NCBI RefSeq assembly: GCF_006345805.1
Contig: NC_043000.1
Coordinates: 93,868,001-93,932,000, forward strand
Direction: 5' to 3'
Source: Octopus sinensis
Taxonomy: Eukaryota
Length of the DNA stretch: 64,000 nucleotides
Below the pieces are notes generated by a model. It ran no database searches and had not been told where the DNA came from. It saw only the letters and a list, made by a program, of their open reading frames with translations. Positions 38,288 through 51,191 of this stretch are shown here, in pieces (within the stretch, counting starts at the first letter, position 1; each line of letters opens with the position of its first letter). The position numbers were made by a program, and so were the translations under genes.

Positions 38288-38854
38288 TTAGGTTGTCCGG
38301 AAAGTTCGTGCCGATTTTTTAAGGAAAGAAAAAGGTCAATGAATACTTGCCATTACATTTTTAATCAGCCAATTATGAACCATTTTGTTGCACAATGCGT
38401 CTCCATCTTTCCTTTAACTTGAAAATACCCTCTTCCCAGAATTGAGGTGGTTTCATGGCAAAGAATTCATCTAGGTATCTTTTTACGTCATCCAAGGAAT
38501 TGAATCTTTTCCCATTAAGACTATTCTGCAGAGACCTGAATAAGTGGAAATCCGAAGGAGTAATATCTGGTGAATATGGAGGGTGAGGTAACACATCCCA
38601 GCCGAGCTGTAGCAATTTTTGTCTGGTTTCCCAAAGCATCAAGTGCCGAAAATGAACTTCCTTATCTTCCATTTTAAAGGGTTACAGAATTAACACAGGT
38701 TATAGGAACATAAACATTCTTCCACTAAAAGATAGCTTAAACTATGCTCTAAATGGAGGAGAAGTCAAATCCTATTTTATGGACTCAACCATGTTCTAAA
38801 ATAATTGGAAAGGTAAGCTACTATAAATTGGCACGAACTTTCCGGACAACCCAA
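38288..38854 (-). mobile_element. 567-bp internal-deletion derivative of the 59-kb mariner
   Basis: TIRs TT(A/G)GGTTGTCCGGAAAGTTCGTGCC, TA on both sides; fused ORF 38373-38672. Confidence 0.95.
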
Positions 38855-40108
38855 TACTATATATATACCAGGTTGTAATTGCTGTAAAATTATCAATAAA
38901 GTAGGAATCAATGAAATCTCAAAAAAATAAAATAACCACAAATTAGATGTCATCAACTGACTGTACACAAACATGGAAGAAAATGCAAGAAAATAAAACT
39001 GAAATAGATAAATCGACGCCTGTATCTATGTATGTACATACGCATATGTATATGTTCGTATGTGAAGATTTCTTAGTCCTTGTTTAGGCATTTATATTCA
39101 AGGAAAACTCTGGTGTAAACCAGCTACTTTGTTTTAATTCAATGATGAAGAATGATTTCTTTCTTTATGGGCAGATGCATGTAAGGGTCCCTTAGTCTGT
39201 GTTTAGGCATTTATGTAGGAGTTAATATTAGTAATTAATTCATTCAGATTATTCTGTGAACAGAGATATTAAGTTAAGGTTTCCAAGTTCATATGAGTAT
39301 CAATCGACATCATTTGACATTTTAGAATATTGTAAAATTTGATAGAAATTAATATGGGGATGACCTGATATATAAGAAGCTAGCAAGAGTATTTCTCGAC
39401 CTTGTGTTACGGATGCTAGAAATAGCAATCAAGACTCCCCTTTATATCACATAGTAGCGTGTTAGGAAAGAATGCATTGGATAATCAAGTTCAGTGGGCA
39501 CGATGTCCGAAAGAAAAATATAATAGAAAGGTCGTGGCTGTAGCGTCCTTTTCTATAAGTCTGCACAATTTTTATGACTGACTTGGCGCTAAATGCCGAC
39601 AACTGTTATTTTTATTGCAATTTTGTTATTTTGGGGAGAACAGTTCACATTCGCCTATATATGAAACCTTTTCGAAGCCAATTTTTATATTTATCGGTCA
39701 GCAATTAAAGGAAAGAATGAAACAAATTAAATAATTACTATTTTGGAAAGAAAACTTCAAATTCAGCTAAATTAGAAATATGTAGAAAGCCAATTTTATC
39801 GGTTTGTTTCCAAAACACACTTTTCTCACCGAAATACTCCAAAAAAATGAAGGAGATAGCGATGTATGAGAACAAATAAATTAGTTATTAGAAACCATTG
39901 TATATTGCGCCTGTTGACATTATATCAGCAGAATTAAAAGAAAATAATGCTTTGCCTTGAAATATAGAATGTCTTGGTCACTGTTAAACTGGTAGAACTC
40001 GGCACATCTCCAGGTCTAATCTAAACCGATTTTTCCCTAGAAAAAGAGAGACAGACGGAAAGAGAGATAGAGAAGACTCGACACCAGTATCTTCCTTGTA
40101 TTTTATAG

Positions 40109-40243
40109 ACATTGGAAAAGAAGAAAGACAGGTTAACCCCTGTAGAATTAGAATTCAGTGCAAAGAGAGACAGAATAAATTCAGCAAAACAAGCTATCCA
40201 ATGCCTTAACGACTTGGACCAACTCTCTTCTTTATTCACCTAA
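40109..40243 (+). CDS. Candidate terminal coding exon (plus-strand model), product unknown
   Basis: Acceptor tatcttccttgtattttatag; phase-0 frame TLEKKKDRLTPVELEFSAKRDRINSAKQAIQCLNDLDQLSSLFT*; non-repetitive; no homologue recognised. Confidence 0.3.
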   Translation, partial: TLEKKKDRLTPVELEFSAKRDRINSAKQAIQCLNDLDQLSSLFT

Positions 40244-40421
40244 TATATTTATGTCAGATAGGCCTCATTCATAATTTTCAAGATTTTAACAATCGTCCAT
40301 TGAAAAAATTTCCTAAGTAGCAACTAAGTCAATTAAATAGAAAGAACATTGTTTCTGTTACTATTGTCAGTATATTCCACGATTTTGTATACTTGTGTAA
40401 AATAATGTGAATATATTATAT

Positions 40422-40529
<108 letters not shown>

Positions 40530-40788
40530 ATATATTATATTATAATATACATATATGCATACATACATGCATACATACATACAATGTACACAAAGCATAA
40601 ATGATAACATGGGTCAGGTTTTAAGAAATACTGCATTAGCTTTACACTTAAAAGGAAGGGAAATCCTATCAACGTTTCAGATGCAAGTCCTTTATCAGAA
40701 GAAACGTATGGAAGAAAAGTGTAGGAAGAGTGCGAAATAAGTGCTAATCCATTATTCACACATTATATATATATATATATATATGTGT

Positions 40789-40838
<50 letters not shown>

Positions 40839-41172
40839 TGTGTGTGTATTATATATACTTACTTTATTTGCGGGTTAACAAGGGGCAACTAATAGTTTTA
40901 TATACAGAGAAATCTCTTTAATTTTCAAGCGTGTATACACACACACACACACACACATACACACACATACACACATATATATGTGCACGCACACATATGT
41001 TCCTCTCATTAGACAGCGGTCATGCCGGGACATCGCCTTAAGGGACATTTTGTCGAACGAATCGACCCCAGTACTTATTTTTTGAAGTCTGATACTTATT
41101 CTACCGGTCTCTTCTGGCGAACAGCTAAGTTTTGAAGACTGCTTACGACATGTATGTACACACACACACACA

Positions 41173-41259
<87 letters not shown>

Positions 41260-41416
41260 TCCAGAACTGTTATTTTAACTAGTTGTGCCTGTTTATCACC
41301 CTATGAGATACATCTGCACCGCCGAATGGTCCTGAACCAGTTGTTGAGTGTCCATTCTGTGAGGAATCGATGCCAGATGTGTGGAAACAATTGTAGTGAT
41401 TAATTTGCCGAATACA

Positions 41417-41448
<32 letters not shown>

Positions 41449-41506
41449 ATACACATATAACTTTACGTATGTATATATATATAGTGTGTTGTATCTCTCT
41501 CTCTCA

Positions 41507-41548
<42 letters not shown>

Positions 41549-41676
41549 TATATATATATAATAAATTCAGGGTGAATACTTGATAAATGTAAGCACCTGT
41601 ATATTCCAGCTAGTAGCATAGGTGAGAGGATATATGTATCAAATGAAATAAATGAAAAACAGGACACAAAGGATGT

Positions 41677-41771
41677 TGCGGTACATATGTTTCGAGCTTT
41701 ATAGAACACCTTATTCTTACATCAATGCATAATCGACATAACAGATAGTTCAAAAACCCTCTTCAGCCGCA
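41677..41771 (-). ncRNA. Type I hammerhead ribozyme in a PLE remnant
   Basis: Stem I UGCGG/CCGCA; CUGAAGA; stem II GGGU/GCUC with a long loop; GAAA; palindromic stem III ACAUAUGU; GUA triplet. Confidence 0.65.
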
Positions 41772-42207
41772 TGCAATTGCTACACCAAAGACTTGTATCA
41801 CATTATGAAAGGTTTGACAAAAAACATTTGGTATTGTTTATAATGGTAGGTAAACCGAGTATCACTGGGAAAGTATGTTTGTAAATCATCATATTCCTGA
41901 TGAAACAATGTGTTGGAACAAATATTGTATTTCGGGATGGTTTTGTTTTTGTTTTTGCCAAATAAACACACGCGCTATATATATATTCGTTCTTCATTCG
42001 TTTATTGCTGTTCTAATTCTAACTCGCGTCCATTGTCCGAAAATCTTTCGTCACTCATCTGTGGCTTCTTCAGCGACACTCTCCGTCCTTGTGTGTGCTA
42101 TTACTGATGGACTAAGGGGATCAAGAACACACACAAGTGAAGAACGAATATTTAGTGCATGTATTTATCTATAAAAAAATTTCTGCAAAATATTAAAAAA
42201 AATTACC

Positions 42208-42363
42208 AGGCTTCTTACCGATTCCATCGACGAAGTACTCTCACAAACCTCTATCGTCCTGAGGCTATAACAGGAAACACTTTCACCAAGCTGCCACGCA
42301 GTGGGACTGAACCTAAAATCACGACATTGAAAAGGGAACTTCCTACCACACAGCCACGCCTAT
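42208..42363 (-). mobile_element. Diverged SINE A 5' half
   Basis: GCCACGCAGTGGGACTGAACC...ACCACACAGCCACGCC. Confidence 0.8.
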
Positions 42364-42802
42364 ATGTACACACACTCGCACACATATACGCACACACTCA
42401 CACACACATAAGATACATGTGTATGTATATGCATACAAAAATACATGCATGCAAACGTACATACACACAAACAACCGTAGTAAACGAGTCAGTGAAACCA
42501 GTAACCTATACAAGATATGTGCACACACATGTGCAGGATCTATTCAGACAGTTAGCGTGATGGTTTCCACTTGTTGCAAATGATAGAATAAAATTATCGA
42601 AGAACGTACCGTTTTATGATGAGCACGGCACTGTTTCCAGCAGCCGACACCAATTCTAACGTTTCATATACCGCTGCGTTGTTGTTGCTTTCAGTGCCAT
42701 TGTTCTTGTTGCTGTTGTGTTGTTAGTAATGGTGTATGTGTGAAGGGGGGGGACAAAGATCGAAGGATGAAATAAGGGCGGAAAGGGAGGAGGAGGTGCA
42801 AG

Positions 42803-42803
42803 A

Positions 42804-42864
<61 letters not shown>

Positions 42865-43030
42865 TGTAATAATAATAACAATAATGATCAGAAGAAGAAG
42901 AAGGATGAAAAGAAGAAGAAAAAGAAAAGGAAGAGAAGAAGAAGAAGAAGAAGAAGAAGAGAAGAAGAAGAAGAAGAAGAAGAAGAAGAAGAAGAAGAAG
43001 AAGAAGAAGAAGAAGAAGGAGAAGAAGGAA
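42803..43030. repeat. (AAT)n then (GAA)n microsatellites
   Basis: Direct reading. Confidence 0.97.
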
Positions 43031-43325
43031 AGACATGACATGGTGGAGTGTAACTATTTCGGAAATATGCTGTTTTTTTTTCCAAAGTATTTTGTGCGAA
43101 AATGAAACGAAACTCACACACGCACAGGCACATACACACACACACAACCACTCACACATGCACACACGCAAAATCCCCCTCCCCACAAACAATTATGCAC
43201 ATGCACGGACTTCGCTGTACGCAAACACATGTATGTATATATATATATACACAAATATACATATTGTGTTTGTATGTGTGTGTGTCTGTGTGTGTATCAG
43301 CCACTCTCTGTCTCTCTCTCACAAT

Positions 43326-43413
<88 letters not shown>

Positions 43414-43842
43414 TAGATACATAAACACACATGCGCACGCACACACACACACTTTTTGTATGCTTTCAATTGGTGCATTTTCAGGTAAATACTTTGCATG
43501 TACGACTCTCTTTCTCTCCTGCTTTTCATTGCATCTCTTAATCGCAAATGCATAAACATATTTACAAATACAGACACACACCCATAGATACAAACAAACG
43601 GACGCAGCAAATACACGCAAACGCCTTCACGCACGCACCTATATGAACATAAAAATTCTCATTCAAAATGAGTGTGCATGTGTACATTACACTTCAACAT
43701 CTACTATGTGTGTATGTGTGAGTGTGTGTGTGTGTGAGTGTGTGTGTACGTATGTATATGTATGTATGTGTGTATATACACACATACATATATATGATTT
43801 ATGCATATGATGTATATATTTTGTTACTTTTATAAGTTTCAG

Positions 43843-45955
43843 CCAGTATTACGTTCGTTGTCAGTGTTGTTCGTACCTCTGAAGTAAGTCGCTCCGCCGG
43901 TTTGAAGCTGGTAAAATAGTGATTAAAAAAGCTCAACTGTAAGGTAACACTTTTGTTTTTTGGGTTCAGTGGGGGTTTGTTGTTTGCCGTAATAATAATT
44001 ATTTTTACAAACCAAAAGTTCTCACTGGATTCTGGACTCTGGTCTGCCTACCGTTGAGTGAATAGTTTTTCTCACTTAATTGTGAGAATTGTTGTTTTGG
44101 GGTGTATCTCGCTTCCAAAAATTTGTTCACTTTAAGGGAATAATCTTTTTCAAAAATTGTGAGAATTCACCGAACATACAACAAATTTTACCAATTTTTG
44201 TGGAAGTTGTGGCGTTCCAGGTTCAAACTGGATTACCAAATAGTCCTAGATTACCTAATGACCAGAAGATTTTTTGCTGGCTGTGTTTTTTTTAACTGCT
44301 TTCTTTCTTTCTTCAATCCTTTTTGTTGTGACGTTCTTTTGATTTATTTCTTTTTTTTTAAATTTTCATATTGAACTGTTTTTGGACTTTTTATTTTAAA
44401 AAACATGGAAAATAACAAGGACAATATTTTGGAGTGGGAAATTGTACCACTCAAAACAATGGTTGAAAGATTTGAAGAGAGGACGGTGGTGTTGAGGACT
44501 TACTCCAAGTCGCTCGACACCATTGCCCTATTTCAAAAGACTGTTATCGAAAGGGAGTTAGAAGAGTATCTGCCAACTATTAAATTCATCTCCAGGGGGT
44601 TCAAATATGCAACGGAGTGGTTGCTATTTGACACCCCTGAGGAGGCTCGCAAATTTGCGAGCCAGCCCTTTGAGGGCAAAGAGATTTTGTTTCTTCCCAC
44701 GTATTGTGGGAAGAAGTTGACAAGAGCTTGGGTCTGCTGGTTGCCACCCGGGATAGAACCCGAGTGGATAGAGGAGACTATCCGCCGGTGTCTGGGTGGC
44801 TACAGAGCCAAGCTCCTCAATGTGAAAATTTTGCCTGCGGCTGATTGGGTTGGATCAAAAGCTGTTTTGGCCCTGTGGACCCAATCAACCAAGAATCTGG
44901 TTTTCCCAGATTTTTTGAAAATGACCGGGTGCAGGTACCCGGTGATTCTTGAGGATCGTCCCCTTCCAGGTGTCATCGGTGCCTGGAGCCTGGCCATATA
45001 AAGAAAAACTGTCTCCAGGAACAAAGTAGGGTCCTGGAGCAGTTGGTTGAGACCTCTGTCAAAGAGGGTACGAAGGCGGCGAGGAAGCGGAGAACTCCTC
45101 AAAGAAGGGCCCAAGGGGAAGAAGGTGAGCAACAATGGGTGTTCACCGAAGGATCCTAGGGATGAGGTAGGGGAGGCGAATCTCCCGGTTACAGAGGAGA
45201 CGCACCCTCCCTCAGCTGAGAAGAAAAAAAAAGAGGAAGAGAAACGGGACTATTGCCGGCAGTCGGTGACTTAATACCGGAATGTCCCGGAACCTCGTCG
45301 GTGGGGTGGTGTCACCGGCAGGAGAATACACACCGTCGGTGGAAATTGTGCCACTGACGGTAGAAGTGACTACCTCGTCCCCAGAGGAAGACGAATTATT
45401 GGTCTTCTTCTTCAGAGGCGGAGAGGCGGAGAAGGTGTTGGAAAAGCACCATAAGGGAGTACCTTTAGCCTGCACACGGGACCCGGAATGGCCTCTGCAG
45501 ATAGCTACGAAGATCATAACGTTGCCCGTGTTGAGTATGCTAGAGGGACTTAATGAGGAATATCGCTTGTGGCCGGGCGACGCCGACACGACATCCGCTT
45601 TGTGCTTGAAAAGGGCGTGGGTGATGGTGGAGGATGGCGGCACAAACAATGTTGGGGAGGAATATGGATAAGAGGTTGAAAAGCCTCAGTGTTATTGAAA
45701 GTTCCTAGTTTGGAAAAAAAGTAAGAGGCTTAGTGCCTCATTTTGTTATTGAATATTGTGAACAATGTAAGAGGTTTGTTACCTCATGAATAATATAAGA
45801 AATCAATGTTCTCGAGAAAGAACGATCGGCGAGCGTCGCTTTTCCCCGCATTAATCATCATTTTCATTTTTCATTTCATATAACATTACATCTGTGTCCA
45901 GCCTGTAGCTTCCTTTCTCTATGTAAGGCCTTTATGGCCAATATAATGAAATAAA
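43843..45955 (+). mobile_element. ORF1-only Tx1-clade element (half-LINE-like)
   Basis: ~560-bp T-rich leader, disrupted ORF1, then ~280 bp ending in a Tx1-type tail; no EN/RT sequence in between; 5' boundary approximate. Confidence 0.7.
44405..45671 (+). pseudogene. Tx1-type ORF1 (gag-like, CCHC knuckle), frameshifted
   Basis: ORF 44405-45001 continues after a frameshift into RCHRCLEPGHIKKNC (C-x2-C-x4-H-x4-C, from 44968), then fragments 45047-45274 and 45282-45671. Confidence 0.85.
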
Positions 45956-46278
45956 GAAGCTTGCTTCATAACAGCATGGTTCAGGGTCCAGTCCCACTAC
46001 GTGGCACCTTGGATGGGTATCTTATACTATAGCCTTGGGCCAACCAAAGCCTTGTGAGTAGATTTAGTATGGATTTGCGTCTATATTTGTCCCCACCACT
46101 ATCGCTTGATATCGCTCGATAACAGATGTTGGTGTGTTTACGGTTCGGCAAAAGAGACCGATAGAATAAGTACTTGGCTTACAAAGAATAAGTCCTGGGC
46201 TCGATTTGTTCGACTGAAGAGTGGTGCTCCAGCATGGTCGAAATCAAATGACTGAAACAAGTATAAGAATAAAAGAAT
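45955..46278 (+). mobile_element. SINE A lacking the first ~22 nt, abutting the Tx1-like tail
   Basis: AAGAAGCTTGCTTC...GTCCCACTACGTGGCACC...AAATGACTGAAACAAG. Confidence 0.88.
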
Positions 46279-46293
46279 AGTATTAGTAAAAGA

Positions 46294-46326
<33 letters not shown>

Positions 46327-46350
46327 CATACATACATACGCGTGCGTATG

Positions 46351-46384
<34 letters not shown>

Positions 46385-46399
46385 TGTACTGATAGATAA

Positions 46400-46434
<35 letters not shown>

Positions 46435-46508
46435 CACAGACAGGCAAACAGACAGACGGACGGATAGATGGATGGATAGACACACAGATAGATAGATAGA
46501 TAGATAGG

Positions 46509-46570
<62 letters not shown>

Positions 46571-46595
46571 TACAGACAGACAGACAGACAGGTAG

Positions 46596-47489
46596 ATAAG
46601 TCTCTCTATTAGACAGACATGGCCGAACACAGAGAGGTAAAATACTATGTAGAGCTTTTCTTTTCGACAATAGAAAAAAAGCAGAAAAATAAAATTCCGA
46701 TCAAAAGGGATCGTGTATCACAGAAATATTTTAAAGATTAGGTTCATCCGTGGAAAGAAAAGACTACAGAAAAGACCACGGTAACCTTAGGCAGAGCGGG
46801 AATAAACACATGAAAGCAAAGTACCACCTCCGCCCGACCCTGTAGGGATAGCTTCCTTCCGGCCCATTGCTTTGTGAGAGTGGCCACCCTAGTCGTTATT
46901 TCGCACCAGTTCTCAAATTGGAGGTCCGGACAGAACGAGACTCCGAGCAATTTAACCGGTCCGTCGGTCCAGCGTCCCATGATGGAGACGCTGTTGGACG
47001 GCATGGGCTTCCTTCTCCAGCTGCAAGCCCTCTGACTTTTCCAGCTTAATTTTTACTACCGTTACCGCTTTGTATCCTTTTAGTCTCTCGCCGACCAGGT
47101 CGATATGCCTGTGGCTGGAAACTACGACGGTGACGTCGTCCGCGTATGCAGACACGCTCCTCCTGCATCCCAGCTCTCGCGGGATGCCCCTCAGCGTCGC
47201 CGGCTTCAGCAGTAGTGGCTCAAGAGTCGATATGTTCACGAACCGAACGCCTGATGTTAAATGGTCGGGGCAGATGACTATTTACGCAAAGACAGACAGA
47301 TCCAAGCTCCTCAATGTGAAAATTTTGCCTGCGGCTGATTAGGTTGGGTCAAAAGCCGTTTTGACCCTGTGGAGCCAATCAGCCAAGAATCTGGTTTTTC
47401 CAGACTTTTTGAAAATGGTCGAGTGCAGGTACCCGGTGATTCTTGAGGATGCCCCCCCCCCCACCAGGGGTCATCGGTGCCTGGAGCCT
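46596..47489 (-). mobile_element. Tx1 copy with inverted 5' segment: RT core plus 3'UTR (46596-47285, minus) and ORF1 piece (47287-47489, plus)
   Basis: SAYADDVTV (YADD 47135-47146), PVKLLGV, RKLSLQGRAEV; 3'UTR homologous to 34350-34660; plus-strand piece nearly identical to 44808-44992; (GATA)n on both sides. Confidence 0.9.
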
Positions 47490-47554
<65 letters not shown>

Positions 47555-47575
47555 TAGATAGATAGATGAAATACC

Positions 47576-47614
<39 letters not shown>

Positions 47615-48782
47615 ATACATATTAATAATTATTTATTCACAAATTATAATAAACCAACATAAGCAACGTAAACAGCACACCCATGGATACATGCACAGTG
47701 TTACTGGCAGTACATGAATGCAGAAATCCCTAAGCTCACATGCCCGTATCCCAGGTCTGTAACAACGAAAACCGCGTTAAGATTTGTATTATATTGTGGA
47801 ACACTACCTCCTTACATATAGCATAATAAACACAGACATACACGCACACACACACACATACATGCACACATACGTGTACAAATACATATATACATATAAT
47901 GTCAAAAACATGTGGAATCTCAGGTGTCTATGTATAGCGATAACGTTGAGTTTTCCCAGGTATGAATACCTCTGTAGTTTCACTGAGAATATTACCTTCA
48001 CACATACGTTGAGGTATACAAACACATGTACACGTTATATTCATAATATATTTTGTAATGTGATTCATTTAAACATTCAAAAACCATCAGTCATAAAGAC
48101 CCTATCACCCAAACACACACACAAAGGAAGACTTACACGTAGTTATACATATATATATATATATATATGCGTGCTCACACGCGCAAAATCACGTGCTCGT
48201 AGAAAGCAATTAACATTTATGCGTATAGTATGGTGTAACTTGACATAGACATATAAAAACGAAACACAATAAATTTTATGTATGCAAGTCTCTTTGTGCG
48301 TGTGTGTGCGCGTGTGTGCGTTTATGTGCATTGGTGTGGGAGTGTGTGTTTGCATGTATGAATGTATGTATAGATATACTCACATGCATATACATAGATT
48401 TCCATTCTAGACTACTATTCTAGTCTATAGATGAGCAGATAACTTTTAATATAAACACACTTGTATGTACATATAGACAAGCACCTCTATGCATATGTAC
48501 AGGAACATCATATGCATGTGAGCACACACATATGCACACATATGTGTATTTATGTTATATATATATGTGTGTGTGTATATATATAAATGTGTGTATATAT
48601 ATGTGTATATACATATATGTATGTATCTATATTTTTCTATCAATCTATCTCACTATCAGTCTATCTATGCATACGCATATGTATATATGTTTGTTTGTAT
48701 GTGTATATATATATTATATATATATATATACAACATACATATATATTACATATACATATACATATATATATATATAATATAC

Positions 48783-48835
<53 letters not shown>

Positions 48836-49870
48836 TATATATATATATATATATATACCAGCAGACGCACAATATGAATTACATGAATTATATACACTCA
48901 CCCATACATATATACATATGTGCACATATGCATACACACATAGATACATACATACATACATAAATACATACATACATACAAACATACGTACATACATACA
49001 TAAGTACATGCATACATACATACATACATACATACATACATACATACATACATACATAAATACATACATACATACGTACATACATACACACATACTTACA
49101 TGCATACGTACAAACATACAGTCATATATGAACATACAATACACCACATGTATCCCATGAGTCAATCAGGTTCTCAACTGTAGAAACTCGTTGAAATACC
49201 GCCTTAGTTGTAGAACAATGAGAATCCACCGTGAAAACACACACGCATACACACACTCACACACACTCACACACACCTACACTTTCACACACAGAGACTC
49301 CTTTTCTTATCCATATAAACACACAATTACACGTACAAATATACACAGATACTAACAAACAAATATAGAAGCTGACATAAAGGAAAACGCTACGCAGACA
49401 TATTAAGTTTTAACACAACCAAAGGCGAACGATATTCTCTAACGATATAAATGAAGAGACTTTATTGATATTTGTATAGTAAGTTACAATCAGTCAGCAA
49501 CGTTTACTGAGAATATTTATGAAAGTTTCGTACGTTTTCAAATCAAATTCTAAATAATTCATGCAAATTTTGTATGTGAAGTATCAGCTACTTTCCCCTC
49601 GACCTCTCATCAGCTATTTCTTTCTTTCCTTCCTTCCTTCGTTCATTGTTTCTTTCTTTCCTTATTTCTCTCTTTCTTTTTTCTTTTTCTTTTTTTTCCC
49701 TTTGTTTGCTTCGATCTTTGTTTCCCTCCCTCTTTATCTAAATTCTACCAGTACACGTAGATATAGAAAAACAAAATACGTAGAGTATGTACCATATAAA
49801 TATGTTATGTATGTTTGTGCACATATATATACTTTAGTCTGTATGCGCATATATATATATATATATATAA

Positions 49871-49913
<43 letters not shown>

Positions 49914-50021
49914 AATCGCCCCCCACCCAAAAAAAACGAACAGACACAAGTTAAAAGACAACAACGTGAGAACGTGGTACATGCAAAGTATTAGCAGGCG
50001 CTCAGGGAATAAAGAAAAGTG

Positions 50022-50056
50022 GTTTTACGTTTCGAGCAAAGCTCTTCTTCAGAAAC
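50022..50056 (-). ncRNA. Minimal type I hammerhead ribozyme in a PLE remnant (49975-50115)
   Basis: GUUU-CUGAAGA-A-GAGC-UUU-GCUC-GAAA-CGUA-AAAC; stem III is the palindrome ACGU. Confidence 0.7.
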
Positions 50057-50760
50057 AGACGACAGAGAAAAGTCCATGAGAAAAGGAAGACGGAGGGAAA
50101 AAATTGCTAACGATTTACATGCGGATACATTTTGAACTGCAATATAAACACACACACACACCACACACACACACGCACACACACACACATGCACACACAC
50201 ATACACACACACATATATATATATAAATGTATGTGTGTATGTGTACATATATGTATGTATGTATTTATGTATATATTATATATATATATATATATACACC
50301 ATCTAAATGAACACACTCTCACCAACACGCACTCATATAAACACATATAATATACATATTTATATGCATGCATATATGAATATACATGCATATTTACATA
50401 TGTTTAATATCATCTGAGTAATAGCCTCAAAATGTGCGTTTCAAATCTCTTATACGGTTATCAGCTACCATATGCCATCACACAGCAGGGTTATTACTTT
50501 TACTGCAACAGACATGGAAACCTGTTCGTATAAGCAACATCCATATACACATTCATGAAAGAAAATGAGTGTCTCTCAAAGCCGCTCACCTGATGACGTG
50601 CCGGTACGTAGCTGCTGGGTCGTATTCATTTATACAATATTTTTATACTAGTACGATATGGAAAAATCAACAAATGGCTGTTACCAGCGCACAGAAACAT
50701 TGTGAATTGTGATTAAAGCCTGCTTATCCCATATATATATATATATATTATATATATATA

Positions 50761-50820
<60 letters not shown>

Positions 50821-50827
<7 letters not shown>

Positions 50828-51115
50828 TTATTCGAGACAAAACCACTATTTTGCAAAACAACAAGGAAAGACTTCATAATTTGACACTGAATTATTGGAA
50901 GTCCACCTGAAGATTGTCGATCAAGACAAGAAACGATTGTAGTGGCGGTTTTTTTGACTATTTATTAAAATGTTATGTATTGATTAAGTCTTTCCTTGTT
51001 TGTTTTGCAAAATAGTGGTTTTGTCTCGAATAAATTTTATAATATTTTACTTAAAATCGATTTAATCCTAAATCTGATTTTTTCCTGTAAATTTGGATTT
51101 ATTCCCTAATATTTA
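50821..51115. mobile_element. PLE-like remnant with ~54-bp near-perfect inverted repeat (50821-50874 / 50986-51040)
   Basis: TTCGAGACAAAACCACTATTTTGCAAAAC...GGAAAGACTT and its reverse complement. Confidence 0.8.
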
Positions 51116-51124
51116 TTATATATA

Positions 51125-51173
<49 letters not shown>

Positions 51174-51191
51174 CATGCATAAATATAAGTG

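Noticed and set aside
45940-45975. Idea that the half-LINE inserted into the tRNA head of SINE A
   Set aside because: The missing 5' part of the SINE (GGCTGTGTGGT) and a TSD are not found upstream of 43843
50512-50604. Plus-strand segment with a good acceptor and a CCG|GTACGT donor
   Set aside because: All three frames contain stops, so it cannot be an internal coding exon
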